A stretch of DNA of 55,782 bases, filler included, from Fonticula-like sp. SCN 57-25 (taxonomy: Eukaryota): the NCBI GenBank assembly GCA_001724245.1. It is 2 parts of 2 records of this genome, joined end to end, with 100 filler letters (N's around TTAATTAATTAA, not from the genome) between each part and the next. Parts side by side here need not be neighbours in the genome. Positions count along the whole stretch, not along the records: positions 28,038 to 55,782 come from MEDX01000055.1; 1 more part is not named here. One strand, written 5' to 3'. The notes under the pieces were generated by a model. It was not told the origin of the DNA, did not search any database, and saw only the letters and a list, made by a program, of their open reading frames with translations. Below, in pieces: positions 34,513-47,500 of the stretch. Position 1 is the first letter of the stretch. Each line of letters starts with the position of its first letter. Position numbers and translations under genes: made by a program.

Positions 34513-35817
34513 ATGGCGGGCGATGTGGCGTCGCGGCCGCGCGTGTCGCCGTTCCCGATGGTCGAGATGGACGACGCGATTCGCATCGTGAACGATAATT
34601 CGCGTGTGTTAGAGGCGGTGAATGTTCCTATTGGCGAGTCGCTCGGATATTACTTGGCGGATGACGTGGTGGCGCAGGATCCGCTACCGCCATACCGCGC
34701 CTCCATCATGGACGGCTACGCTGTCGTCGCGGCCAGCGGCACCGGGGACTTTCGGGTTGTTGCGCCTATCGTTGCGGGCGACTCGCCGGGTGTGCTTCCG
34801 CATGTTGGCGCCGGTGAGGTCTGTCGCATTACAACGGGGGCGCCGGTGCCGCCTGGCGCGGACGCCGTCGTCATGGTGGAGAACACTGAGCTGGTGGAGC
34901 GCGCCGCTGGCGGCGCCGAAGGCGTCGTCCGCATTCTTGTACCCGTGACGGCGGGCACCAATATCCGCGCTGTTGGTTGCGACATTGCATCTGGCGACGT
35001 TGTTTTGCGCCGCGGCGCGCGCATCGGGCCGACGGACGTTGGTCTGCTGGCGTCCTTGTGCATGCGGAGCGTGCGGGTACACCGCCGCCCGCGCGTCGCT
35101 CTGCTCTCCACCGGCACCGAGCTTGTTGATGTCGCGCACTGCGAGTCGGGTAAGCAGCAGATTGTCGACTCGAACCGCCCCGCGCTTCTTTCCCTCCTGC
35201 GCGAGGCGGGCTACGAGTGCTTGGATTTGGGCATCGTGGGCGACACGGAGCCGGCCGTGGAGGCTGCATTGAGGCAGGGCCTCGATTCGTGCGACGTGCT
35301 CATCACGACCGGCGGCGTGTCCATGGGCGAGACCGACCTCGTCAAGCCGATGCTTCTTCGCCTCGGGTGCACCGTCGAGTTTGGGCGTATCCGCATGAAG
35401 CCCGGCAAGCCGACCACGGTGGCGACGCTCAGGAGCAGGAACCGCGTCGTTTTTGCGCTACCAGGCAACCCCGTCTCGGCAATCGTGACATTTCACTTGC
35501 TTGTGTTGCCGTCGCTCTCGCTCTTTGCCGGCGCGCCGGCCGCCGCAGCCCGCCCTACGCGCGTGCCAGTCACGCTGCAGCAGGCCGTCCGCCTCGACCC
35601 GCGGCCAGAGTACCAGCGCGCGATCGTCTCGGTCGTGCCGGGAGGCGAGCCCGGCGGCGTCAGGCTCGTCGCGAGCGTGACGGGCGGGCAGGCATCGAGC
35701 CGGCTCGCGTCTATGCGCGCGGCAAATGCGCTGCTCGAGCTACCGCCGGCCACTGACGCGTGCGGGCGCCTCGAGGAGGGCGCCGTGGCGCACGCTCTGC
35801 TGATCGGGCCGCTTTGA
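34513..35817 (+). CDS. Molybdopterin molybdenumtransferase: stand-alone MoeA/gephyrin E domain
   Basis: RVSPFPM, PPYRASIMDGYA, RITTGAPVPPGADAVVMVE, STGTEL, ITTGGVSMGETD, MKPGKPT, FALPGNPVSA. Confidence 0.94.
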   Translation: MAGDVASRPRVSPFPMVEMDDAIRIVNDNSRVLEAVNVPIGESLGYYLADDVVAQDPLPPYRASIMDGYAVVAASGTGDFRVVAPIVAGDSPGVLPHVGAGEVCRITTGAPVPPGADAVVMVENTELVERAAGGAEGVVRILVPVTAGTNIRAVGCDIASGDVVLRRGARIGPTDVGLLASLCMRSVRVHRRPRVALLSTGTELVDVAHCESGKQQIVDSNRPALLSLLREAGYECLDLGIVGDTEPAVEAALRQGLDSCDVLITTGGVSMGETDLVKPMLLRLGCTVEFGRIRMKPGKPTTVATLRSRNRVVFALPGNPVSAIVTFHLLVLPSLSLFAGAPAAAARPTRVPVTLQQAVRLDPRPEYQRAIVSVVPGGEPGGVRLVASVTGGQASSRLASMRAANALLELPPATDACGRLEEGAVAHALLIGPL

Positions 35818-36101
35818 AATGGCAAAACATGATGGGTAGGGTGGCAGAACTTGTTTGTATTTACAAAATGAAACGGTAGACATCAGAGTGTGCGCCGACA
35901 TCAACGTCGAATATTCGACGCTGAGCGCGCGGGGCACGCCTCGTGCCTGGGCCGGGCGGAGAAAGCGGGGAGGAAAGAAAAGGGCGAGGAGCGGGTAGGC
36001 GGTGCCGGAATTGACGGCCGCGCAAAGAAAGGAAGATCAAAGAATAACAATAAACAAACACGCCGCATGAAAGAAGAGGGGGGAGGCGGACACGCCGCGC
36101 T

Positions 36102-37137
36102 TTATTGGAGGAAGGTGTGGCCAAGCTGCAGTCCGACGGCAAAGGCCACCACAACGACAAGAAGAACAAACGAGATATTGCTAAAGAGGCCGCCTGGTGA
36201 CGACTTGGCGCTCCCACCGCGGTTTACAGCAGCGGGGCCCTTGCCAGAGCCGGTACCCTCGAGCTGCTTGAGCTGGTGCCGCAAGTTTTCGTTGTCCGCC
36301 TTCAGGGTGCGGTTCTCCTCAAACGCCTAGGCGGGTGTCAGGTCAGAAAGCAACGAATAAACAAACGCCGCAGCAGGACGTACAGTCTTAAGAGCAGACT
36401 CGCTCTTCTCGCGGATCTGCGCGCTCGATGCCGACGGCGCGATGCCAGAGGTGGGCTTGTCGGCGGTGGCGGCAGGCTCGGACGTCTTCTATAACAAAGC
36501 GTCAGCAAAAGCACGAGGTAGAAGCAAGAGCATACGGAGACGGCGGCGGCCGGCGAAGGAGCAGCGGTGCTATCCGCGGGCGCAAACGCGACCTTGAAGC
36601 GGAGCTCATCGACGGCTGACGTGCTCGATTCCCACTGCAAAGGGGGCCGATTAGTGCAATTGGTATAAATAGGTGGGGCACTCGTACGGCATCATTCACG
36701 TTGGTCGAGTCGTTGGCACCGGGATACGAGCGAGATTGGATAAGGAAGCGGTCGCGGCTCTTGGGGGACGGCTCGTCCTTGAGCGGCTGCAGCATGACTG
36801 ACGAATCGGAAACGTCAGCATGGAAAGGCACGCAAACATGGGGAAAAGTGTTTATAAAAAAAGGCGCACTAGTGATTTCCTTCCGCTCATTCGGCTCAAT
36901 GAAGCCCGACGCCGGACGAACGCAGTACTGCTTCGGGTTCGTCGTCTTCACCTTGAACAGCACCGGCTCCGCCTCGGTGTTGGTCAAGAAAAGGGTCTCT
37001 TTCGTAACATCGCGGAAAGGGCCTGCAACCGGGAAAAAAGCGCAAAAAAGCGTTAAACATTCATACTGCAAAATAAAATAAAGAAAAGGCGTACGCTTGA
37101 AGGTAATCACCAGAGCTGGGTCAGCAAGGAGCGGCAT
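36102..37137 (-). CDS. VAP: VAP (VAMP-associated protein/Scs2): MSP domain, coiled coil and tail anchor; six exons
   Basis: FKVKTTNPKQYCVRP, DRFLIQS, C-terminal TM; five GT-AG introns keep the frame. Confidence 0.93.
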
Positions 37138-37438
37138 GGCGGTCGTTCCGGCGGGCGGTGCGGTGTTGATTGATAAAAATCCCTCTTAACTGTTTTGACA
37201 ATGATCAATTTTTTTCATGGTCATCAAGGGCATACCGTGAACCTGACCCTCAATAGTGCTTTCTTGCGGTTCATTCCGACCAATGTACAAAAGGAAAATA
37301 TATACAAAGAAATTGTACAAGACGGCTGGCTATGCCACTTTGACACATACTTGCCAGACGCTGTAATTTTCATGGCTGCCGGCGGGGATATTGGTAGCCC
37401 CTGTAACCTTGACTCATCACTTATCCACGTGGGCCGCG

Positions 37439-38160
37439 ATGATGCTGTGGTGGGTCGTCGTCGCGCTGGCGGCGGCGCTGTGGCTGTGGTGGCGTTCAAA
37501 GAGCAGCTCAGAGGCCGTGCGAGAAGCGAGCCAAAGCAACGCATCCCAAACAAGTGCCAGCAGTCGCAAACGCGCAAAGCGCAAGAAGGCCGAGTATGCT
37601 CGTCTACCGTGCCACCTGACGCTGTTGGGTACTGACGCGCGAATAGGGCCGCTCGGGCAGCAGGAGCCGCAGCGACTAGCGACGGCGCTTCTGATGAAGC
37701 AACTGTGTCGGCTGACGTAAACAACGATGATGCGCAGGAAGAGGCGGCAGATGAGGACGAGCAGGAAGATGAAGGCGACAATACGCAGGATATTGCATCC
37801 CAGCCGAGCGGCCCGGAGGATCTCTTCCCCAAGCGAAAGCCAGTTCGCGTGTTGCGGCTTGTTGGGTCAAGGCCGCCGCCGCCTGCCCCAAAGAAGCCGA
37901 CTTTTGAGGAGCGAGAGGAGCTCAGCAAGAAACAGCGGGAGAACCAGCGGAAAAAGGACAGGGATCGCGCCATTCGCGAGGCTAATGATGCGTCGCAGGC
38001 AGCCCATCTCCGCAAGCATAGAACGGAGAAGGAGCGGATTGAGAGCATCGAGCAGCAGAAGCGGCGCCTGTCCGCGTACAACAAGACGTCGACCCCGCCA
38101 AAATCTGCCAAGAATGCATGGACAAGCAGTGGCGCCGATGACGGCCTTTGGGAGATGTAA
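37439..38160 (+). CDS. N-terminally anchored membrane protein with an acidic region and a basic coiled coil; one intron
   Basis: MMLWWVVVALAAALWLWW anchor, GTATGC...TAG intron, ELSKKQRENQRKK coiled coil. Confidence 0.65.
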
Positions 38161-38238
38161 CGCAAACACGAAAACGACTTTTTGAAAACATCAATGTATT
38201 ATGTACACAATGAAGCAACACTATGATACCGAAACCAC

Positions 38239-38472
38239 CTAATTATCAGCCGCGTTCTTGCGCATCGCCTTCTTCTCCTTGATGGCCCCGAGGAGCGCCT
38301 TGGCGACGTTGCCGTCCTTCTTGGGGGCCGCTTTCTGGACTCCAGAGCCTGTCGTCGCCGGTCGTGAGCCATTGTCACACTAAACCAACAAAAGTGTACC
38401 CTGGCGCGCCACGAGCTTGTTGTCCTTCTCCTTCTTATTAGGGCGCTTGTGCATCTTGGCGGAGCGGCCCAT
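38239..38472 (-). CDS. Small basic protein (60 aa) with one intron
   Basis: Spliced product MGRSAKMHKRPNKKEKDNKLVARQGSGVQKAAPKKDGNVAKALLGAIKEKKAMRKNAADN*. Intron is GTACAC...CTCAC...CAG; strong AAG codon bias. Confidence 0.75.
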
Positions 38473-38560
38473 CTTTGCGGCCTCGCTGACTTGGTCACCC
38501 TCAAGTGCAAACTGAATCCAGATTGCACAGCACCACCGCGTGGGTGATCGTGACAGCGCC

Positions 38561-41500
38561 ATGGGCGGCTCCTTTGAGGTCGACCTAGGGCCTGCCTTGG
38601 CCGCCCTCGTTGCGGAGCGGCCAGACCTTGCCACCAGCTTAGAGGTTCGCTTTGCCTGTTTGATTTCGAGGGCGCCGTCTAACCGGGACGTTTAGGTCAA
38701 GGGAAATCGGCCCCCGCTCGACGTGCTCGCCGACATCCTCATAGCAGACCCTGGGCTGACGGTCGCCGTTATTCGGCATTTCCGCGCGGTTCTGCTTGAC
38801 CTTGTCGCGCGTGCAATTAATAGACACGGAAACCAGTGGTCAAAGTCGGATGATCATGCGCTGGTACCGGCCGAGCGGCTCGGCGTAGCGCTCGCCGTTG
38901 TTGCGCATGTCGTGCCGTCAGTGTCACCGTACGCTTTTGAATCGCCACCCGCGGGCTCTAACACATGTTTGTAGGCACATCCTTGAGTATTGTCAGCGGA
39001 GCTCCCCGCTTTTTGGCCGTCTTCTTTTGATAGGAAACAGCGATGGCTTGGAGGGCGCCGTGCGCGCGCTGCATGCCACGGACGACGACGTGTGGGCGCA
39101 GCTCGTGCGGGCGTCGTACTACCTGTTGCAGGTCGACGTCCTGTCGATGTCACAGAGCTGGAACTGGTCGCCAATGTATGCGCTGCTTGCGCATCGCAGT
39201 GTGCTCGTGCGCACGTACGCGGTCCGCACGATCGCCACCTTGCTTGGGGCCGCGGACCAGGTGCGCGTTCGAATGATGTCGTCGTTTGTCGGGGCCGACG
39301 AAACCGACGCCGCTCTCGTCGAGTGCGAGCGGTACGACCGGGCTTTGACGCAGGAGAGGTCGCGTGCCTTTGTCGCGCCCGATGAAGCCTCGCCCGTTCC
39401 CGCCGTCAAGGTTGCTGCTCGGCATCTCTCGTCGCGGGTGGCCGATGCGGGAGGCATTTTGCTTCCTCGCCATAGCGCCGTGGAGGCCTTTACGCCTACC
39501 CTCGTTGCCGTAGATAGCATGGTCCGCAACATGCGGAGCCTCGCCATTGCATTTGCCTCGTCGAGCCCCATTTTGCTAGAGGGAGAGACCGGGGCGGGAA
39601 AGACCGCGCTTGTGGAAGAGTTTGCGCGCCTGGTCGGGCAGTCGCACCTCGTCAAGGTTCACCTTGGCGATCAGACCGACGGCAAGGCGCTGCTCGGCAC
39701 GTACGTTTGCACAGACATGCCCGGCGAGTTCCGCTGGCAGCCTGGACTCTTGACGCGCGCCGTTCTCGAAGGAGCGTGGGTGCTTATTGAGGACGTTGAC
39801 CTTGCGCCGATGGAAATGATGTCTGTTTTGTTGCCCCTCTTGGAGAGCCGCTCGCTGTACCTTCCGGCGCGTGACGAGCGTATCAATGCGGCCCCCGGGT
39901 TTGCCCTTTTCGGCACGCGGACGGTGCGCCACGGCTCGGGCTCGATTGTGTCGCCGACGTCCGCCGCCGCCGAGGCCCGCTGGATGCGCATCGCGATCGA
40001 GTCATTGACCGACAGCGAGATCCCCGCCATCGTCGCCGCGCAGCACCCGCAGCTCGTGCCTCTTTTCCCCTCGCCCGCGCTGGACGCTTTCCGCGCCGCC
40101 GTTGACGCCGTGGGAAGCACGCGCCCGCTGTCGGTGCGCGACTTGTTCAAGTGGTGCGCGCGGTTGAAGCGCTCGCTGCCCGCCAAGGTGACGGCCACGG
40201 ACCCGGTCCGCCGCGCTATGCTGCGAGAGGCCAACGTGTGCTGGCTTGGGATGCTGCCGAGCTCGGATGAAAAGTGGAAGGCGATCGCGTCCGTTGCCGG
40301 CGCGCTCGGCCTCAACTCGGACGTTTCGCAGCTGATGAGCGACGAAACGGCCTACAAGCCGACGCTGCACAAGACATCGTCGGTGCTGAATGTCGGCCGC
40401 GCAAGCCTGCCGCTTGCGCGTGGAGGCCAGGCGGTTGTCGGGAGCTCGCTGCCGTTTGCGATGACTGGTACGTCGCTGCGGTTGCTCGAGCAGATCGCCG
40501 AGGCCGTCGAGATGAACGAGGCGCTGCTGCTTGTCGGTGAGACGGGTACCGGCAAGACAACCGTCGTGCAGCAGCTCGCGCACCAGCTCGGCCAGGAGCT
40601 GGTCGTGCTTAATATGAGCCAGCAGAGCGAGTCGGCCGATCTTTTGGGCGGTTTCAAGCCGGTGGACATCCGGTTGCTGTGCGCCCCGCTCATGGACGAC
40701 TTTGTTCCGCTTTTCTGCCGGACCTTTTCGAGAAAGAAGAATCAGAGGTTCCTGGACAATGTCAACGCCGCGTTCACGTCGCATTCGTGGTCGCGCCTCG
40801 CGACGCTGCTCCAGAATGCCGTTCTCATGGCTGACAAGAAGATGGCCGCCGATGACGAGACGAGCCTGGAGCCCTCGGCCGACGGCGCGAGCGCCAAGCG
40901 ATCTCGCATTGCGCCAGAGCTGGCGGCAGAGTGGCGCCAGTTCACCGACCGCGTCCATCGCTTTGTTGCGCAGAAGCAGCAGGTGGAGAGCAGCTTTTTG
41001 TTTGCCTTTGTGGAAGGGTCGCTTTTGCAGGCCGTTCAACGCGGTGCGTGGGTTTTGCTGGACGAGATCAACCTCGCGCCCACCGAGACGCTCGAGTGTC
41101 TCGCCGGTCTCTTTGAGTCGCCCACTGGCACGCTAGTTCTGCCCGAGCGCCCCGGCGATGCGGACATTGTCCGGCACCCGTCTTTCCGCGTGTTTGCGTG
41201 CATGAACCCCGCCACCGATGTTGGCAAGCGCGACTTTCCCCCGGGTCTGCGCAGCCGCATGACCGAGCTGTACGTGGGTGAGCTCAACTCGCGGGCCGAT
41301 CTTGTCGATATCGTGCGCGCCTACCTCGAGCCGGTCGTCATGAACGCCGCGCCATGGGGAGACATTGTCGACTGGTATCTCGGCGCGCGCGAGGCCGCTC
41401 GCTCGGGCCAGCTCGTAGACGGAGAGAACCGGCGGCCGCACTACTCGCTCCGCACACTCTCGCGTGCCCTAGAGTACACGGCGCTCCTGGCGCCTCTGTA

Positions 41501-44500
41501 CAGCTGGCGTCGGGCTCTCTACGAAGGCTTGTGCATGTCGTTTATGACGCAGCTGGGTGCCGCATCGGTTACCGTCCTACACACGAGCGTGCTCCCCGTC
41601 GTCGGTGTCGGGAAGCAGCTTGCGCTCAGCGCGATCCTCCACGAGCCCAAGCGCCCTGCCTCGGACAGCGGGAGCGATTACGTGCTCGTTGAGAACTTTT
41701 GGATCCGCTGCGGTTCGGCGACGCTCTCGTCGAGCTTTGCAGAGCCGCCTGCCTACGTGCTCACCCCGAGCGTCAAGGGCAACCTTCGCTCCCTCTCTCG
41801 TGTGGTGGCGGCGGCGCGCTACCCCGTGCTCATCCAGGGTCCGACCTCTGCGGGTAAAACTTCCATGGTCGAGTACCTCGCTCGCCTGACGAATCATCGC
41901 TTTGTGCGCGTCAACAACCATGAGCACACCGACCTCCAAGAGTACCTCGGCTCGTACGTGACCAACCCCGTCGACGGAAAGCTCGTTTTCCGCGAGGGCA
42001 TCCTTGTCGAGGCACTGCGCCGCGGCTACTGGCTCGTCCTTGACGAGCTCAACCTTGCTCCCACGGACGTCCTCGAGGCGCTGAACCGCCTGCTCGACGA
42101 CAACCGCGAGCTCTTTGTGCCCGAGCTGCAGGAGACGATCCGCCCGCACCCCGACTTTTTGCTCTTTGCCACGCAGAACCCGCCGGGAGCCTACGGCGGC
42201 CGCAAGGTGCTGTCGCGGGCGTTCCGCAACCGCTTCTTGGAGCTCCAGTTTGAGGACCTGCCGATCGACGAACTGTCGACCATCTTGTCTGAGCGCTGCG
42301 CCATGCCGCCGTCGCGGGCAAAGCTCCTCGTCAATGTCTACCGCGACCTCCAGTCGCGGCGGCAAGGCACCCGTATCTTTTCTGGCCGTCATGGTTTCAT
42401 CACCCTGCGTGATCTTTTCCGTTGGGGCTCCCGCGAGACGACCGACCCTCAGGCGTTGGCCGAGGACGGCTTTAGGCTGCTCGGTGAGCGTGTGCGGCGC
42501 TCGGAAGAGCGCGAGCTCGTTCGCGAAAGCATCGAAAAGGTGTTCAAGGTGAAGGTGGACGACCTCGCGCTGTACTCGACCGAGGCTCTCCACGCGGACC
42601 CGCTCTGGCCGGCCGTGTGTGCTGCTGCCGAGGCGGGCGACCCGACGGTGTTGCGGTGCGTTTGGACCCCGGCCATGCGGCGCCTTTTCCTACTGGCGTC
42701 ACGCTCGCTGCGCTGCGGCGAGCCGCTCCTGATTGTAGGCGAAACAGGCTGCGGCAAGACATCCGTTGTGCAGCTCCTCGCTGCGGCGCTTTCCCGCCCG
42801 CTCCACATTGTCAACTGCCACGAGCACACTGAGACGGCCGACCTTCTTGGTAGCCAGCGCCCCGTGCGCGCACGCGACCAGATCCGCAAGGACACGCAGG
42901 CTCAGCTGGCGGCGGTGCTCGCTGCGTCGGACCCGGCCTTGGCCGAATCCGTTTCCTTGGCTACCGCCACGGACGCCGACATTTCTGCAGCCCTTGCAGG
43001 CCTCGACCACCCGGATGGCGACAAGCTAAGGGCCCAATGGGCGCGCAGCCAGGCGCTGTTTGGCTGGCAGGACGGCGTACTCGTGCAGGCCATGCGCCAG
43101 GGACACCTCTTTTTGCTCGATGAAATGTCTCTTGCGGACGATTCGGTGCTCGAGCGTCTCAACAGTGTCCTCGAGCCCGTGCGTCTTCTTGTCCTCGCCG
43201 AAAAAGGCGGCGAGTCGGTCGACGAAATCATCGCGCACCCCAACTTTCACCTGTTTGCCACGATGAACCCCGGTGGCGACCACGGCAAGAAGGAGCTCAG
43301 CCCCGCCTTGCGCAACCGCTTCACCGAGCTGTGGGTGCCGGCCATCGACGACGATGTAAGCCTCGGTCTTATCTTGAAGGCCCGCCTTCCCGTCGAGCAC
43401 GCCGATGCGTTTGCCGACTACATCCTAAAGTTCCTCACGTGGATTCGCGCGCAGCCGTTTGCTTCCAAGCGCGCACCGTCCCTCCGCGACGTGATTGCGT
43501 GGGCCGACTTTGTCGTGACGACGCGTCAGCTCGCGCCAGCCGAGGCTCTTGTGCACGGCTGCGAGCTTGTCTTCCTCGATGGCTGGTCGCATTCCGAGGC
43601 CAAGGAAGGGCGCGCCATGCTTCACGCCATGGTCGGCTCGCCGAGCGACGCCCCCGCTCTGGCCAACATGTCGCAGGACCAGCTGACGATGACCAGCGAA
43701 GGCTTCTTTGGCGCGTCGCCGTTCTGGATTGCGCGCGGCCCGGCTGCACTCCCGGAGCGCTCGCAGCTCGCCCTGCACGCGCCGACAACGCGCCTCAACG
43801 CGATGCGCGTTCTCCGCGCACTCCAGCTCCGCAAGCCCATTCTCCTAGAGGGCCCTCCCGGCGTGGGCAAGACCTCCTTGGTCCAGGCCATCGCCGCCTC
43901 GGCAGGCCACAGCCTCGTCCGCATCAACCTGTCCGAGCAGACCGACCTGATGGATCTGTTTGGCGCGGATCTGCCCGTGGAAAGCTCGGCCAACGACGAC
44001 AGCGGAAGCGGAGGCCTCTTTGCCTGGCGCGACGGCCCGCTCCTTCAGGCGCTGCGCCGCGGGGCGTGGGTCCTCTTGGACGAGCTCAACTTGGCGTCGC
44101 AGAGCGTCCTGGAAGGCCTGAACGCTTGTCTCGATCACCGCGGCGAGCTTTACCTTCCCGACCTCGACCTGCGCATCAATGTGCCCCCGACGTCGCGCAT
44201 CTTTGCGGCGCAAAACCCCGTCTCGCAAGGCGGCGGCCGCAAGGGCCTTCCCCGCAGTTTTGTGAACCGCTTCACGGTGGTTCACGTTGCCGAGCTGGCG
44301 GACGAGGATTTGCTCGCCGTCGCGTCGAGCGCCCACCCGTGGGCCGACGCTGATGCGCTGAGCACGATGGTCAAGTTTACGCGCGCGATGCACGATGCCG
44401 TGAACAGCGGCCGCCTGGGACGCGACGGTGCGCCATGGGAGTTTAACTTGCGTGATATTCTGCGCTGGCTTGACGCGATGGTCGAGTACAAGTTGCAGGA

Positions 44501-47500
44501 CCCGACCCCGCTGGTCGACCTTCTGTTCCTGCAGCGCTTGCGCACGGCCTCCGACCGGTCCATTGCGCGCGAGCTTTTTGAAGAAGTTTCTGGCAAGCCG
44601 CTTCCCGTGTCTCCCTACGCCGCGCTGGACATTACCTCGGACGCGGTGCGCGTCGGGCCTCTGGCAGTGCTGCCGCGCTCGTCGTCGCTGCGCTTTAGCA
44701 CGACGGATGCTCCGAGCGACATGTACATGCACAGCACTGTGCGCGCCGTCGAGGCCGTGCTCCACGCGGTTCGCCTCGGCTGGATGGCGCTCATCACTGG
44801 CGACGCTGCAACCGGCAAGTCGGCCTTGATTCGCTCGGCCGCCACGCTGGCTGGCCGCCGTCTCCACGAAGTCGCCCTGAACGCGGGCACGGATACCGGC
44901 GAGCTGCTCGGCGGTTTTGAACAGCTTGATCTTGAGCACGAGCGTCAGCAGGTTCTTTCGGAGCTTGCGGTGCTGGTGGACAATGCGTGCGCGGACGCTC
45001 TTTGCGGCAACGTCACAGACACTTTGCTGGCTTTTGCGCGTCGCCTGCGCGATGCCGCGTCCCTTGCCCTGTCAAACACCCCCTTGCTGCACGAACAGCG
45101 CATGACGAGGATTGACCATGTCGTGTCTCTCCTCCCCGCCGCGGCACCGCTCCGCGCGCGCATGGCGCAGCTCGGTGAGCTTGAGCGCGGCGCCGCGTCT
45201 GGGCGCTTCCGCTGGGTCGACGGCGCTCTGATTCGCGCCATGGTGGCGGGCGACTGGGTCCTCCTGGACCATGCCAACCTCTGCCCCCCGGCCGTGCTCG
45301 ACCGCCTCAACCCGCTCATGGAGCCGAACGGCCGCCTCGTCGTGTCCGAGCGTGGTGTCGTCGGCGTTCAGGGCGAGCTGTACCAGGTTGCCATGCACCC
45401 CGATTTCCGCCTGTTCCTTGCGGTGGATGCGTCCGCCGGCCAAGTGTCTCGCGCCATGCGCAACCGCGGTGTCGAAATCTGCCTCGTTCGCGAGGTCGAG
45501 GGCGATGCCGCGCCGTCTCCCGATTCGTCACGCGCAATGGCCGACGCAGTCCGCGTCGCAGTCGCGCACGGCGTGACGCACGCGCCGTCCGCTACCATGC
45601 TCGCGGAGGAATCCTACGCGGCCCACAAAAAGCACAATCTCCGCGCCGTGGCGCAGGCCGCTACCGTCGCGGGTGTTTTGGCCGAGCGCGGACTTGCCGA
45701 GAACGCTGTCTTTATGGCGTCCCGCAGCGTCTATGGCCAGGAGCCAACGACAACGGTTGTGGCCACCGATTCTTCGTGCCACGTGCTTTCGCAGCGCGTC
45801 AGCGACTTTGCCGAGGATGCGCGCTCTGCCTCCACATGGCGGACGATTTCCGTCATGGACCGCGCCGAACTGGACGCGGTCGTGGCCTTGCAGCGCGCGG
45901 CCATGCGTCTGCCACTGAGCAGCGCGGGCCTGGCGGCCCGCATGAGTTTTGAGCTGAGGGGTCTTCTTGAGGCCCGCAGCTCTGTCCCCGCGCTCATGGA
46001 GGCGTGGCGGCAGGGCGGGTTCGAGTCGAACGCTCTCCCGCTCTCTGCGGCGGACGGCGGCGAAGCATCGCTTGACAACAGCTTGTTTGCCGTTGCTGAT
46101 CTGTGCTACCAGTTCTCACAAGAGCTTGAAAGTCACGTCGCGCGCGCCGCATCGCTTCCCGTTCACCAGCTGACGCTCGTTGAGCGCTCCTGTGCGCTCC
46201 ACAACCGTCGCTCGGACTTGCACGTCGGCGATTTTGCCCAGTGGGAGCCGTTGGTCTACCCGCTCCTGCGCGATGCGCTGCAGCTCATAATCTCGTTTGT
46301 TCAGTCGCTTCCCGCCACTTCGGCGGACGTCAACCACGACATTGCTCGCGTGCTGGCGCGCGCCCGCACACTCGCCTTGTCGGCCGACTCGCTCGCGTCA
46401 TTCGCCGCGCATCTCCGCCCTCTTGCGATGCTTCTCAAGAACCAGCTGAACGTTCAGGGCGACCTCGCGTCCCTCCTGGACCGTCTCGAGGCACTCTTGC
46501 CGCTGGCTGCATGGGACCGCTGGGCGCGCGGCTATCGCTCCGGCTTCCACAGCCGCCCGATCCGCTTTGAGCCGCTTGCCCGCCTCCGCGACCGCCTGCA
46601 TGCCCTGTGCGCGTCCGACGCGCTTCTGCAGCGCCCGTCGCCCGACGTGCTGAACGCCATCGGCGCAGTCTACTCGCTCGCTGATGTGAACCAGCCGGAC
46701 CCCGATGCGATTGCGGCTCTCGAGACGCTATGCACTGCTCTGGAATCGCTTCCTCAGCAGCCGAACGCGTCACTGACCGCTTCACTCTGGGCATCCCGCT
46801 CCGTGGCGGAGGAAATGGCGATCGTTGCGCAGCTCGTTTCGGGTTCGGCCGACGGCGCAGCGCTCGCGGCCGAGATTAGCGCATTCTTTTCGATGCCGCT
46901 GCGTCGCTCCCCGCGCTCGCTCGCTCCGCTTCAGCACGCCAAGTGGGTGCTTGAGGAAGGCTCGCCATCGCTGCGTCTTTCGATTCAGCCGGCCGCGCTT
47001 CGCAGTACGCAGGCTGCTCTGCACTCGCTTGTTGTTGGGCGCTCTTTCACGGCGCACGAGCTCGGCTCGGTCGCGCGCGCCATCCTCGATGCCCGCTCGA
47101 CCTCGCTTGACGCCAACGAGCGGAACAAGGCCAACCTGGCGGACGCCAAGGAACTACTCCAGAACGCCCCGCTTCACTCGTTCAATAAGGCGCTTGCCGT
47201 GTTTGACGACCTCGCCGACGCGGTCTGGATTGCCGTGTCAAGGCTGCACGAGGTGCGCGGCGACGCTGCGATGGTTCAGCCCCCAGCGGGCCCGTCGGTG
47301 TCGCTCGCCGTGGCGGGCCAGCGCCTTGCCCTCACTGGCCTGGCCCTTCTCTCCGTGACCGCGCTGCCGCTCGCACTGGACCCCGCTGCCGCTGTTCACG
47401 CCGAGCTGCAGCATGCCGCGCGTTCCTCGTCAACGGTGCTTGCCCACTTGAATGTAGAGGCGGCGCTTGAGAACGCCATTCGCGGCGTGCCTCGCAACGA

